Part shown: in pieces, positions 49,073 to 60,179 of the stretch
How positions within the stretch are numbered: position 1 is the first letter of the stretch
How the letters are laid out: every line of letters starts with the position of its first letter
DNA from: an uncultured cyanobacterium
Lineage (GTDB): Bacteria; Cyanobacteriota; Cyanobacteriia; Cyanobacteriales; CAWUOF01
DNA length: 64,000 nt
Direction: 5' to 3'
NCBI GenBank assembly: GCA_963744145.1
Contig: CAVUSO010000001.1
Coordinates: forward strand, 3,552,001-3,616,000
Made by a program: the position numbers and the translations under genes
Notes under the pieces: generated by a model
The model's database searches: none
Seen by the model: only the letters and a program-made list of their open reading frames with translations
Told to the model about the DNA's origin: nothing

Positions 49073-52000
49073 TTAAAATCTAGTTTCATATTCAATCACT
49101 GCTTGACTATCCCCGGAAAAATCTGTACCACCACGAATCCGAAGTTTATTAGTGAGTCGATAGCGCAAATTAAACTGTAAAGGAGTAGGTGCTGTCAAAA
49201 TCTTTAAGACGGAAGTAGATAATTTTCGGGAGAGATCTAAACCTGCTTCTGCAGCTAATCCTAACGTCGATGAATTTGATGAGCTACGGGCTTGATTTTG
49301 GGGAATTAAAGTGGGAAAAAGTCGAAACTCACTTAACCCCGTAGCATTAGTAATAAGATTCTGAAAATTTCCGAATATTGCTGATCCAGCTAAATTTGCA
49401 ATCCCCAGGGTACTATTTCCTCGTCCTAAAGTATTGATAAAACCACCACCAATCAAAGCAACGATCTCTGCTGGAGATCGGGTAGGAGAACTGGTTAATC
49501 GTAACTGATCAAGTAATTGACTAGCTTGACCTTTTACCCGAGCAGTAATAATCACTGTTTCCGAACCAGTACCACTCGCTTTAATCACATCTTCCTGCAC
49601 TTCATTAGAAGCTGGATTCGGTAATCTTGAACCTCCTTGACTGTCCTGTACTGTCGCAACTAGACTCACATTTAATACTGGATCTAGTCCTATATTTGGG
49701 AAAAATTGAGCTGTTTGCTTATGGTCTTTATCAAGACTAAACTGAGTCGTAAATAAGTTGACCTGTCCACTTTTCAAGCGAATTGTTCCTTCGGGTTGCA
49801 GATCAGTCAAAGGACCATTTATGCTCAAATCACCTGCTGCTAAAAATTCTAATATAGGAGCGCGAGTAATTCTCACCCTATCTCCCAAAATCAACTTTAA
49901 ATTATTGAACTCTGGTTGAATAGATGGTCCGTTATTATCACTAGATTGAACTGCAAAAGCAGTCATCTTGGGATCAGATAATAATACCTGTCCATCGCTT
50001 AAAATAATTTGACCACTAAGTTTTGGTACTAAAGCATTTCCTTTGAGTAAAATCTTACCATTTACATCCCCTTGATACAGTCCACGCAAATTCATCGCTA
50101 ACCGATTTAAGTTCACTGTCAAGGGATTGTCATAATCTGGATCTTGTGCAGTTAAATCTAAGATTAAAGGTAATACTCCTTTGACCGTAACTTCCCCTTT
50201 ACTAAATTGTCCTTTCAATAGTTCCACATTTAAGCGATCGCGAGTAAAATTCACCTTACCCTTAATTCCAGTGATCGGATCTGGTAACACTGATGCTTTG
50301 ACTATTGCATCTTCAAATACCGCTCCACCTGTAACAGTAGGACGCAAAACTGTACCTCCTACCATTAATTGTACTTGTCCTTTTCCTCCTAACCAACTCA
50401 CCTCATTATTGAGTAAGTTCAACAGAGATAAACCTTCATTTTTCACATTTACATTTAAACTAATCTTGTCACTATCTGGAAATACTTTCATAAAAGACAA
50501 CCGATAGGGAAAACTTCCATTTACTTCAATCGGGTCTTTTCCTCCAGTTTCTAAATCAGCACCAAAATTTAATCTAGCATTTGCATAGGAAAAACTTCCC
50601 GATGCTTTCTGTAAAGGTTTACCATTTAACCTTCCTTCTGGAAAACTAATCACTCCCCGAGCTAAAGGATTATCTTGATTACCAGCTAGAGCAGCAGTAA
50701 CATTAACATTTCCGGTAATATCAATAAAGCGGAAATCAACAAATTGTCGTAAAGTCTCGATCGGGAAATTTTCGACTCGTAATTGTCCTGATTGATTTCC
50801 GACTCCAACTTTTCCGGAAAAACTGATTAAGGTCTTACCATCTTCTAACCTGACTGGAATTAACGTCAGAGATCCATTGTCTAAAGATCCTTTAGCAATG
50901 ACCTTTTCTGCATTAAGTTTACCCCAGTTCCATTTAGAACCAGTGAGATCAAAATTAGCAGCAATTCCTCCATTTAAAGAACCTGTAAAATTAACTGTAC
51001 CACCAAAAGTTCCCTTAAAATCTGCTAAAGGAGGTAAATTGTTTTGTTCAGCTAGGTTTCGTTCTTGAATTAAGGTTTCAATTTCTGAAAATCTTCTTAA
51101 TTGGGAAAGGAGTGGTAAATTTTCTAAACTTTCTTCGACAATTGGGATTTGTTGAGCATTACTATAAACTGGGGGAGTTAATCCTCTAGAGATATCGCTA
51201 ATATCAAACCATTGTAGAGCTGTAAGAACTGTTTGAATTTGTCCTGCTTCTACTTTTGCTGTACCTTGAAATTGGGGATTTGAACCTGCTAAAGATAACC
51301 GGAAATTTTCCAGACTATATTTACTTTCTCCTTGCTGAATTTGAGCATTAGCTAAACTAGCAATCCCATTGACGATATTAAATTGGGCTCCTAAATTGTC
51401 CATGATAAAGCGACCTGCTCGAAAATTAGCGATCGCGATATTACCTGTTGCTCCTAATTGAGCTAGATCAAAGCTTTGAATTCTCTTAATACTGACATTA
51501 CCAGTTAGATTACCACTCAATAATCCCGGTCCGACGGGAGAGGGTAAAGCGATATTAGCAGTAGCTAATGCAAAATTATTTAGACTGACTTGAAGATAAT
51601 CTCCTTGCACAATTCCGGTCGCGATCGCATCTCCATGTTGAATCTTAAATCCATTAATTGCTGCTACATTTAATCCTCTACTTAAATCTATATTTGCGAC
51701 AAGTTGGTCTTGTTTTCCAGCAATTTGTAAATCTATACCTTGTGAACTTGCGTTGATTTTACCACTTAATTGCGGATCAAAAGCGATTTGATTAATTGCT
51801 AAATTAGCAAAAGCTAAATTTCCCTGAATACTTGGTGCTGTTAAGGTTCCTCCAATATGTCCTTGGAAATCTGCTTCTCCTGATAAGGGATTAGCTGCTA
51901 GATAGGGATTAGGAGGAGCTAGATGTAATCCTACATCTCCAACTTGTTTGAGGTTTAAGTGATTTGCTTGGATATTAAAATCAAATTCACCAATTTGAGG

Positions 52001-55000
52001 AAGATAATTAGCTCCTAAATTAGCATTAATAAACCCATTTGCAGTAACTTGTGGTAAAATTTGATTTTGGGAAATAGTAATATTATTAGCATTAAAGGAA
52101 GCAACTTGTAACTTTTGTCCATTCCAATTAAATGCTGTTTGTACTTGTTCGATCGCTGCATTTCCTACTTGTAAATTAGCGATATTTGCATTTCCTCCAA
52201 TCGCTAAATCAGCTAAATTAATATCAAAATTTCCAGTCAAGTTTCCCGCGACAATATCATTAACTCCATTCTGAGCAGGAGTAATTCCCGGAATTGCTGG
52301 GGGGACAATATTTGCTAATTGAATGGGGAATTGTTCGATATTTACTGCTAAATTATTTCCCTGAACTTTACCGGATGCGATCGCATCTCCCCTTTGAAGT
52401 GCAAAACTATTTAGTGCTTGTAAATTCACCCCTCTTGATAAATCTAAATTAATGGCAATTTTATCTTGTCTTCCCGTTACTTGGAAATTAACTCGATTAA
52501 GGTCTGCTGCTATTTGTCCACTTAAAACCGGATCAAACACAATATTATTAACAGCTAAACCATAAATATCCAAATTTCCATCAATTGCAGGTGATGTTAA
52601 ATTACCAGATACACGACCGTTATAATCTACCAATCCAGCAATATTAGGAACTCCAGCAATATTAACTGGTAAAGATGCAATTGTTTGTAAATTAAAATTA
52701 CTCGCTTTAACATTAAGATCGAAATTATTAATTGTTGGGACCATTCCGGTAAAAGCAGCTAACACAACCCCATTCACTTTTAAATTAGGAGCAGTAGCTT
52801 CTTGGATATCTAACCTTTCTCCATTCCATTGAAATTGTGCTGTTAAAGTCGATCCTGCAAATAAATTCAGTGCAGTGCTAATATTAGGTGAATCCAGTTG
52901 AAGATGAGTTGGTGTTCCCGTAGGAATAGCAGGAACAAAACTCAAATTTCCAGATGCTTGGATTGCGGAAGGTTGGAGAGCAGTGAGGGAAGCTCCAATT
53001 TTAATATTACTATTCAAATTACCAGCAAACTCTGGGAAAAATTGACCAGTTTGGAGGTCATTAGTCGCAACTTGAGCAACAATACGATTATCTTGTAAAC
53101 TAAAAGCACTAACATTAATTAATCCATTTTGCACTCGGACTCTTAAGTCTCCAGTAGCACCAAGTTGGGAAACATTAAAACTCTTATTAATTTGAGCAGA
53201 TAAGTTTAAATTAGCAGTAGCTGACCCTTGACGGATTGCAGCGATAATTTGCGGTTGAATTCCGGGAATTGTTTGATCTGACAATAACTGACTTAATTGG
53301 ATCGGAGCGGTATTAACCTCGGTTCGGAACAATCCATTTTTGAGATTAATTTGGGAAAGTGCTAGATTAGCACCAGCTATATTTGCTGCTACAGAACCAG
53401 TAACTTGTAAATCCGGTACTTGAAAAGATGCAGTCGTACCGCTCACATTTAATGCAAAAGCTAAAAGCTGTCCTTGTTGTAAAAGAGCAGGGATATTAAT
53501 TAGATTAATTTTGGGAAGATTCGGTGCGATCGCAGCTAAATTAAAACTAGCTAAAGGTAAATTATCACCAGTCAAAAATGTTTGCCAAATTCCCTGTTTA
53601 ATAGTACCAGAAGCATTTACCTTTCCACCAGCTAAAGCTAAAGTTCCTTCCGCGATCGCTTGAATATTTTGTAAAGATGGTGCAACTAAAGGAGCAGAAA
53701 CATTAACTCTACCACTAACAATACCTTGATTTAAAGGTAACGGTGATAATCCGGGAATTGGTTTTAAAGTAGCAAGATTAATCCCATCTCCAGATGCTAA
53801 AATTTGAACTTGATTAGGTGTCAATAAACCTTGAGCGATCGTAGTTCCACTACCCAAATTAATTTTAGCATTACGCAGACGAACAACTGTTTTATCAACA
53901 ATTAATTCTCCTGTAGTTGGGAAAAGAGCTTCATTAGCTTGGAAATTAACTACAGTTTGAACATTATCAGCAGGACCAAGAATAGTACCTTTAGCTTGAA
54001 TTTTTCCGAGGGGAACTGGTGACTTAATCCCATAACTTAGAGCGAGACTTTCTCCGGGGAGATTTCGAGCGATAAAATCTGCAACTAGGGAAGGTTTCTG
54101 ATCAAGTTTAATTTGACCATTAGCAGTAATTTCTCCCCCAGCACTAGGATTAACTAAAGCATTAATAATCGAAAAAGAAGTTCCCTTAAGTTGAAAATCA
54201 GCTTTGAGATTAGCCACATCAATTTTATCTACTTGGAGCGGACTAACATTAACTAAAGTTCCTTGTACAACTGGTGCAGCAAGTTTACCAATCACCTTCA
54301 CACTTGCTCCGACTTTTCCCAGCACAGAGACAGGTAGAGTGACTTTTAAAGTATCTAACAGATCAGGAATTGGCGCAGATTTTACCTGAGCAGTAAGATT
54401 AAAACTATCATCAATATTAATAGTACCTTGAGCTAATCCGAATACTTTGCCATAAAAAGCACTAGCATTTTCGAGGGTAATTTGTTTTCCTTTTGCTCGT
54501 AAACCACCATTAGCTTGGGTAAATTTTTGTGGTAAAGGAGTAATTTGGGCAGTTACATCTCGAAAAGTAGCAGTTCCCATTAAATTTGGTAATTCTTGGG
54601 GATGAATGGGACTAATCTCGACATTGAGATTAGCATCGATTCTACCTGCTTGTAATTCCAATGGTAGTGGAATCAATCTACTAATATCTTCAGCTTTAAG
54701 ATTATTAGCTAGAGCTAGTAATTTAATAGTCTTTGGGGGCCATAAAGGTTGTCCAGGATCACGAAGACTTTCCCCTGTCAGATTAAATGTGCCACTTTGT
54801 AAAGATTTTCCTTTAGCAGCAAATTCCAGAATTTGATCTTTGTCTTCTAAATGACTAATTTGACCAGTTACTTGGTTAAAGACAATTGGATTTTGATGTG
54901 CTAACTTTTGGACTTGAGCAGGGGGATTCTGAACGATGGTTCTAGCTCTGGGTAGTAATGCGACCGTTGCATTACTAAATTTAATCTCAGATACTTCTGT

Positions 55001-55465
55001 CTTAATTCCACTAACTTGATTCTTACCAGAACTCCGAGATTTAAACCAAGTATTATCTGGGTATTGTTCAGCATAGACGGTAGGATCGATAAAATTGAGT
55101 TTTAACTCTAGATGTCGATTCAGAATCACTTGGGTCGGGTCAAACTCTACTTCGACCGCTTTAGTCTTAGCACTATTTAAGTCCAGAGTCGTTGAGGGTA
55201 AAGCAGAAGGACCAAAACGTAAACTGGTCAAGGAAAATCTTTCTAATCGTCCAACTTGCACAGGTCGTTTCAGACTATCCGTGAGAGTTTTGTCCAGTAA
55301 AGGGACTAATTGTTCATCCAGAAATGTCTTTAACCACCAAGCACCCCCAGCGATCGCTCCGACTAAAATTAACCCAAGGGTAATGCTAGTACGGTTAAAG
55401 AGAATCAGCCATAACCGTCGATTTGTCTGAGGGGAATCACCACCGCTATTGGGGGAATTGGTCAT
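49073..55465 (-). CDS. tamB: Translocation and assembly module TamB (DUF490) protein
   Basis: N-terminal TM anchor, long beta-rich body, C-terminal DUF490-like region (LKSGQVNLFTTQF, LDPVLNV, LTSSPTRSPAEIVALIGG) ending in YETRF. Confidence 0.9.
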   Translation of the reverse strand: MTNSPNSGGDSPQTNRRLWLILFNRTSITLGLILVGAIAGGAWWLKTFLDEQLVPLLDKTLTDSLKRPVQVGRLERFSLTSLRFGPSALPSTTLDLNSAKTKAVEVEFDPTQVILNRHLELKLNFIDPTVYAEQYPDNTWFKSRSSGKNQVSGIKTEVSEIKFSNATVALLPRARTIVQNPPAQVQKLAHQNPIVFNQVTGQISHLEDKDQILEFAAKGKSLQSGTFNLTGESLRDPGQPLWPPKTIKLLALANNLKAEDISRLIPLPLELQAGRIDANLNVEISPIHPQELPNLMGTATFRDVTAQITPLPQKFTQANGGLRAKGKQITLENASAFYGKVFGLAQGTINIDDSFNLTAQVKSAPIPDLLDTLKVTLPVSVLGKVGASVKVIGKLAAPVVQGTLVNVSPLQVDKIDVANLKADFQLKGTSFSIINALVNPSAGGEITANGQIKLDQKPSLVADFIARNLPGESLALSYGIKSPVPLGKIQAKGTILGPADNVQTVVNFQANEALFPTTGELIVDKTVVRLRNAKINLGSGTTIAQGLLTPNQVQILASGDGINLATLKPIPGLSPLPLNQGIVSGRVNVSAPLVAPSLQNIQAIAEGTLALAGGKVNASGTIKQGIWQTFLTGDNLPLASFNLAAIAPNLPKINLINIPALLQQGQLLAFALNVSGTTASFQVPDLQVTGSVAANIAGANLALSQINLKNGLFRTEVNTAPIQLSQLLSDQTIPGIQPQIIAAIRQGSATANLNLSAQINKSFNVSQLGATGDLRVRVQNGLINVSAFSLQDNRIVAQVATNDLQTGQFFPEFAGNLNSNIKIGASLTALQPSAIQASGNLSFVPAIPTGTPTHLQLDSPNISTALNLFAGSTLTAQFQWNGERLDIQEATAPNLKVNGVVLAAFTGMVPTINNFDLNVKASNFNLQTIASLPVNIAGVPNIAGLVDYNGRVSGNLTSPAIDGNLDIYGLAVNNIVFDPVLSGQIAADLNRVNFQVTGRQDKIAINLDLSRGVNLQALNSFALQRGDAIASGKVQGNNLAVNIEQFPIQLANIVPPAIPGITPAQNGVNDIVAGNLTGNFDINLADLAIGGNANIANLQVGNAAIEQVQTAFNWNGQKLQVASFNANNITISQNQILPQVTANGFINANLGANYLPQIGEFDFNIQANHLNLKQVGDVGLHLAPPNPYLAANPLSGEADFQGHIGGTLTAPSIQGNLAFANLAINQIAFDPQLSGKINASSQGIDLQIAGKQDQLVANIDLSRGLNVAAINGFKIQHGDAIATGIVQGDYLQVSLNNFALATANIALPSPVGPGLLSGNLTGNVSIKRIQSFDLAQLGATGNIAIANFRAGRFIMDNLGAQFNIVNGIASLANAQIQQGESKYSLENFRLSLAGSNPQFQGTAKVEAGQIQTVLTALQWFDISDISRGLTPPVYSNAQQIPIVEESLENLPLLSQLRRFSEIETLIQERNLAEQNNLPPLADFKGTFGGTVNFTGSLNGGIAANFDLTGSKWNWGKLNAEKVIAKGSLDNGSLTLIPVRLEDGKTLISFSGKVGVGNQSGQLRVENFPIETLRQFVDFRFIDITGNVNVTAALAGNQDNPLARGVISFPEGRLNGKPLQKASGSFSYANARLNFGADLETGGKDPIEVNGSFPYRLSFMKVFPDSDKISLNVNVKNEGLSLLNLLNNEVSWLGGKGQVQLMVGGTVLRPTVTGGAVFEDAIVKASVLPDPITGIKGKVNFTRDRLNVELLKGQFSKGEVTVKGVLPLILDLTAQDPDYDNPLTVNLNRLAMNLRGLYQGDVNGKILLKGNALVPKLSGQIILSDGQVLLSDPKMTAFAVQSSDNNGPSIQPEFNNLKLILGDRVRITRAPILEFLAAGDLSINGPLTDLQPEGTIRLKSGQVNLFTTQFSLDKDHKQTAQFFPNIGLDPVLNVSLVATVQDSQGGSRLPNPASNEVQEDVIKASGTGSETVIITARVKGQASQLLDQLRLTSSPTRSPAEIVALIGGGFINTLGRGNSTLGIANLAGSAIFGNFQNLITNATGLSEFRLFPTLIPQNQARSSSNSSTLGLAAEAGLDLSRKLSTSVLKILTAPTPLQFNLRYRLTNKLRIRGGTDFSGDSQAVIEYETRF

Positions 55466-55634
55466 ACCATACTCACTCCATCACATCAATTTTAGATTTT
55501 AGGTGTTAACTTTGGGACGATTCTGGTAATTAGGGTAATTAACCGAATTTTAGGGGATTGCGGTTAGTACCGATCGCGAAACGTTCTGAGTCCCTGTAAA
55601 ATAGGATTGGTGAAACGAAAAAAATATCTAACCC

Positions 55635-55994
55635 ATGCGAGTGTTTGTCCTCATATTTAATTCTCGAACTGATAACGAGGGAATTCATACGATTCGGATT
55701 GGTAATCGCAATCAGGTACTGATGTTTGAATCAGAAGACGACGCGATTCGCTTTGGTCTGATGCTAGAAGCTCAAGACTTCCCCAGTGCTAGCGTGGAAG
55801 CATTAGACGAGGAGGAAATCAAAGAATTTTGTCAGAGTGCAGATTACGACTGTCGCTTGATCGGTCTTGGAGAATTAACTATACCTCCAGAAACTAATGT
55901 GGATTCGACCGACTGGACACCGGAAAAAAAAGCATCCGAATTCTCTGAGTCTGAACTAGATCGAATTAAGCGTAAGCTTGAAGGACTACTGTGA
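55635..55994 (+). CDS. DUF3110 family protein
   Basis: MRVFVLIFNSRTDNEGIH...VLMFESEDDAIRFGLMLEAQDF...ELDRIKRKLEGLL, upstream of murQ. Confidence 0.85.
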   Translation: MRVFVLIFNSRTDNEGIHTIRIGNRNQVLMFESEDDAIRFGLMLEAQDFPSASVEALDEEEIKEFCQSADYDCRLIGLGELTIPPETNVDSTDWTPEKKASEFSESELDRIKRKLEGLL

Positions 55995-56923
55995 ATGATC
56001 CAAGTATGAACAATATTCAGGAGCGCGGGTATCTTCTCACTGAGCAGATTAACCTCAACAGTCAGAATTTAGATCAGTTAAGTTCCCTGGAGTTGGTAGA
56101 TCTGTTTAATCAAGAAGATGCCCAAGTCCTGAGCGCGATCGGGGCAGCTCGAACCCAATTAGCCCAAGCTATCGATCGTACTGCCTACGCATTAAAGCAT
56201 AATGGACGCTTATTTTATATCGGTGCTGGCACTAGCGGTCGTTTAGGAGTTTTAGACGCGGCTGAATGTCCACCAACTTTTTGTAGTCCTCCGGAAATGA
56301 TCCAAGGAATTATTGCTGGTGGTGCTGGTGCTTTAGTCCGCAGTTCTGAAGAATTAGAAGATAAATTTGCTGATGGTGCGGTCGCGATCGCTCACCATCA
56401 GATTACCCAGTTGGATGTGGTCTTGGGGATTACTGCTGGTGGTACTACACCCTATGTTCATGGTGCTTTACAAGCAGCTCGTCAACGTGGAGCAACGACT
56501 ATTTTTATGGCTTGTGTTCCCAGCGAACAAGTTAGCAGTAATGTTGATATTGATATTCGGCTATTAGTTGGACCAGAAATCCTCGCTGGTTCGACTAGAC
56601 TGAAAGCTGGAACAGTAACTAAAATGGCCCTAAATATCATCTCTACTGGGGTGATGGTCCACCTGGGCAAAGTCTATGGTAATCGCATGATTGATGTGGC
56701 TGTCACCAATCAAAAATTACACGATCGCGCAGTCCGGATCATCCAAGATTTGACCAACTTAACTCGCGAAGCTGCGTCCCAAATCCTTGAACAAAGCGAT
56801 CGCTCGGTTAAGTTAGCTTTATTAAAGCATTGGACTGGTCTAAATCAATCAGCAGCATTAACCCTATTATCTCAATCCCAAGGTAACCTTAAAAAAGCAC
56901 TATCCAGTTATCAAAGTAGATAA
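55991..56923 (+). CDS. murQ: N-acetylmuramic acid 6-phosphate etherase
   Basis: LLTEQIN, GAGTSGRLGVLDAAECPPTF, GPEILAGSTRLKAGT, GKVYGNRMID. Confidence 0.96.
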   Translation: MNDPSMNNIQERGYLLTEQINLNSQNLDQLSSLELVDLFNQEDAQVLSAIGAARTQLAQAIDRTAYALKHNGRLFYIGAGTSGRLGVLDAAECPPTFCSPPEMIQGIIAGGAGALVRSSEELEDKFADGAVAIAHHQITQLDVVLGITAGGTTPYVHGALQAARQRGATTIFMACVPSEQVSSNVDIDIRLLVGPEILAGSTRLKAGTVTKMALNIISTGVMVHLGKVYGNRMIDVAVTNQKLHDRAVRIIQDLTNLTREAASQILEQSDRSVKLALLKHWTGLNQSAALTLLSQSQGNLKKALSSYQSR

Positions 56924-56969
56924 TGGTCATTTTGCTCAACCATCTCCACTCTTTTACACTTGAATTTTT

Positions 56970-57491
56970 ATGTCTTGGGGTAAATTATTACAGCCTGATT
57001 TAGTTCTAGGAGGTTCGATCCTCAATCTGACACCGGAGATTATTCACCAATATCATCTCCAAGGATTGGTATTAGATGTGGATGAGACTCTTGTACCTCT
57101 GAGTGCTAGAGAAGTTTCCCCCCAACTACGAGAATGGATTGACCAGATGCGTCAAGTGACCACCATCTGGTTGGTCAGTAATAATATCAGTCACAATCGG
57201 ATTGGTCGGATTGCTGATTCTTTGAATTTGCCTTATCTTAGTGGTGCCCGTAAACCTTCTCGACGGAAGTTAAGTCAAGCTGTGAGTCAGATGAATTTAC
57301 CAGTAGCCCAAGTAGCTATGGTTGGCGATCGCTTGTTCACTGATGTCCTTGCGGGTAATCGTTTGGGGATGTTTACCATTCTGGTTGATCCCGTCATTAA
57401 TAATGGACAATCCCTCTCTCCATCTCCCATCCGTTCTTTGGAAATCTGGCTCTCTCAAGCTTTAGGTGCTTCCCTCACTCCACCAGAATAA
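56970..57491 (+). CDS. yqeG: YqeG-family HAD IIIA phosphatase
   Basis: LDVDETL, VSNN, ARKP, MVGDRLFTDVLAGNRLG. Confidence 0.92.
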   Translation: MSWGKLLQPDLVLGGSILNLTPEIIHQYHLQGLVLDVDETLVPLSAREVSPQLREWIDQMRQVTTIWLVSNNISHNRIGRIADSLNLPYLSGARKPSRRKLSQAVSQMNLPVAQVAMVGDRLFTDVLAGNRLGMFTILVDPVINNGQSLSPSPIRSLEIWLSQALGASLTPPE

Positions 57492-57579
57492 AACTGTCTC
57501 ATTGTTAAGTTGAGTAAATATAAAAAAAATATTAAGGATTTATTTGTTACGAAATATGTTTGCAATACTAATAATAGTT

Positions 57580-57672
57580 CAAATGGGGTCAGCCAATATA
57601 AAGACCCTAAACATATAAAATAAATAAAACACTAAACACCAGTTTCCCCTATATAGGAAACTGGTGTTTGGC
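57580..57672 (+). ncRNA. Candidate small RNA upstream of proB
   Basis: -10-like TAATAAT at about 57569, hairpin ggggtc...gaccct, A-rich linker, strong hairpin aaacaccagtttcc-cctatata-ggaaactggtgttt. Confidence 0.45.
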
Positions 57673-57693
57673 TATTGATGATCCATTCCATCC

Positions 57694-58812
57694 ATGTCCC
57701 AAAGCCAAACTATAGTTGTCAAAATCGGTACTTCCAGTCTGACCCAACCAGAAACAGGTTGTTTAGCTCTGTCCACCATTGCGTCCTTAGTGGAAACCCT
57801 GACCACCTTACGTCAACAGGGACATCAGATCATTTTAGTTTCCTCTGGTGCGGTGGGAGTAGGTTGCGCTCGTTTGGGACTAGCAGAAAGACCCCGCAGT
57901 ATTACCCTAAAACAAGCGATCGCGGCTGTGGGTCAAGGTCGATTAATTCGGGTTTATGATGACTTATTTACCACCCTCCAACAACCAATTGCCCAAGTTT
58001 TATTAACCAGAAGCGATTTAGTAGAGCGCAATCGTTACGTTAATGTCGCAAATACTTTCGGAGAACTATTACGTTTAGGAGTTATTCCCATAGTCAATGA
58101 AAATGATACCGTCGCGATCGAAGAATTAAAATTTGGCGATAATGACACCCTGTCAGCATTAGTAGCTAGTTTAGTAGAAGCTGACTGGCTATTTTTATTA
58201 ACCGATGTCGATCGTCTTTATTCTGCTGATCCCCGTTATCATCCCGACGCTAAACCCATTAGCTTAGTCAACAACATCGCTGATTTAGCCACATTACAGG
58301 TGCAAACGGGAGATTCTCGGAGTGGTTGGGGTACGGGAGGAATGACTACTAAAATTACCGCAGCGAGAATTGCGACCAGTACCGGAGTAAAAACCGTCAT
58401 TGCAGAAGGAAGAATACCCCGCAATATCGAAAAAATTCTCCAAGGAGAACCTCTAGGGACTCAATTTGAACCCCAGTCTCGCTCTTTCAATGCTCGTCAG
58501 CGCTGGATTGCTTATGGTTTGATTCCCATGGGAAAACTTTACTTAGATTCCGGTGCGGTAAAAGCAATTTGTGATGCGGGAAAATCTCTTTTAGCCGTAG
58601 GAATTACCCAAGTAGAAGGAGAGTTTCAGAGCGAAGATGCAGTACAGCTATGTAACCCTCATGGTGAGGAAATTGCTAGGGGAATTGTGAATTATAGCAG
58701 TGTGGAGTTAGCCCAAATTCGTGGACATCACTCCGAGGAAATACCTGGGATTCTGGGTTATCTCGGAGTGGAAACTGTGATTCATCGGGATAATTTGGTT
58801 TTAAGTAATTAA
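57694..58812 (+). CDS. proB: Glutamate 5-kinase
   Basis: [43 protein letters not shown]-terminal PUA domain. Confidence 0.97.
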   Translation: MSQSQTIVVKIGTSSLTQPETGCLALSTIASLVETLTTLRQQGHQIILVSSGAVGVGCARLGLAERPRSITLKQAIAAVGQGRLIRVYDDLFTTLQQPIAQVLLTRSDLVERNRYVNVANTFGELLRLGVIPIVNENDTVAIEELKFGDNDTLSALVASLVEADWLFLLTDVDRLYSADPRYHPDAKPISLVNNIADLATLQVQTGDSRSGWGTGGMTTKITAARIATSTGVKTVIAEGRIPRNIEKILQGEPLGTQFEPQSRSFNARQRWIAYGLIPMGKLYLDSGAVKAICDAGKSLLAVGITQVEGEFQSEDAVQLCNPHGEEIARGIVNYSSVELAQIRGHHSEEIPGILGYLGVETVIHRDNLVLSN

Positions 58813-58827
58813 GCCAATTTAGCAGGA

Positions 58828-59943
58828 TTAGAAAATATTAAAGATCATCTCTGGTGGAACAAGATCATTACCAGCAACTAAACCGATCGAGCTAAATTTT
58901 AATCCTGGGGTCGAAATTGGTGCAGCACTTTTAAATAAATGGGAAGAAGGACTATAGGGTAAAGAGGGTTCAGGTTTAAATATGGGTTCTGATTTGGGTT
59001 GCTGAGATAACCAAGTAATACTACTTAATGCTCCAGCAACTAGTGCAGCATATCCAACATATAAATGAACTGGTTTAATTTGAAAATTTTTGGGAGGTAC
59101 GGGTTTATACCAAGAGGGGATGATATTTTTCAATGAATCAGTTGCTGGTACAGAAGCCGCCATCTTAGCACCATTTAATTCTAACGCATCTCCTAAGTGA
59201 CGGATAAAACCGCGCACATAGATGTCTTCTGGTAAAAGATCCGTGCGTCCTGTTTCCAGAGCATCGATCATATTAGCAGGTACAAGAGTTTGTCTAGTTA
59301 GTTCGTAAATAGAGAGCGATCGAGCTTGACGGTTAATCCGAATTTCTTCACCGAGGTGACGTAAACATTGTTCCCTTTCTTTTTCTTTTTCTTTTTCTTG
59401 AGTAACCAAATCAACTGGTTTTTTATGTTCCTGAACTAGATTATTCAGTATGGCTGACCAAGTATTTGGATGGTCAGCGGGAACAACCGGCTCAGTGGGA
59501 GCATCAGTAACCCGATGGGGAAGAGAAGTAGTCTGAATATGGTGATTTCCCCAGACGAAGGAGTGGGAATGGTCTAGTTCACTGGGATGATGAGCTAGGG
59601 GATAGGTCGGTCTGGGTGGAGATTCTTCCCCAACCTGATGTCGATCGGGAATTGCTGGTGGAGTAATTGATGTTTGAGTAGGATCGGTAAACCTGGTTAA
59701 TGCGAGTTTAATTGCTTGTCTAGCTACTGATTGTAGTAAGAGTTGGGCTTCTTGAACTGCTTCTGGGAGGAGATTGTGAAAACTGACCACAGCATAATTA
59801 TAACTTTCACTACGATAAAGTTCAGTTTCGATCTGACCCAAGAGGATTTGCCATCCTTCCTGTGAAAATTCAACGGTTGTGTTACCCGCAAAACTTAAGC
59901 AGGGTGCAGATTTGATTACCATGATTGCTATTTTCTCCGTCAA
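58828..59943 (-). CDS. RodZ-like XRE helix-turn-helix protein with a TM segment
   Basis: LGEEIRINRQARSLSIYEL...IDALETGRTDLLPEDIYVRGFIRHLGDALEL; TM HLYVGYAALVAGALSSITW. Confidence 0.82.
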   Translation of the reverse strand: MTEKIAIMVIKSAPCLSFAGNTTVEFSQEGWQILLGQIETELYRSESYNYAVVSFHNLLPEAVQEAQLLLQSVARQAIKLALTRFTDPTQTSITPPAIPDRHQVGEESPPRPTYPLAHHPSELDHSHSFVWGNHHIQTTSLPHRVTDAPTEPVVPADHPNTWSAILNNLVQEHKKPVDLVTQEKEKEKEREQCLRHLGEEIRINRQARSLSIYELTRQTLVPANMIDALETGRTDLLPEDIYVRGFIRHLGDALELNGAKMAASVPATDSLKNIIPSWYKPVPPKNFQIKPVHLYVGYAALVAGALSSITWLSQQPKSEPIFKPEPSLPYSPSSHLFKSAAPISTPGLKFSSIGLVAGNDLVPPEMIFNIF

Positions 59944-60179
59944 AAGTGTGCAGCAAAAATTAACTCGACTATTAGCCCAAACAGAAATGAAAATAAATTT
60001 CTACCTCTGGGATTTAGTCCGAGAGATTTATTCCTTGAGGGTGTTAATGCAAATAATATTTGAGCTAGTTGATGACTTATTCGGCTTTTACCAACTAATT
60101 CCGGAGAAGGAAGTCAATCTGGAGCTAGAAAATCTAGCAGTAATTTAGACTGAAAAGTGTTAACTTGGGCACTGAACTC

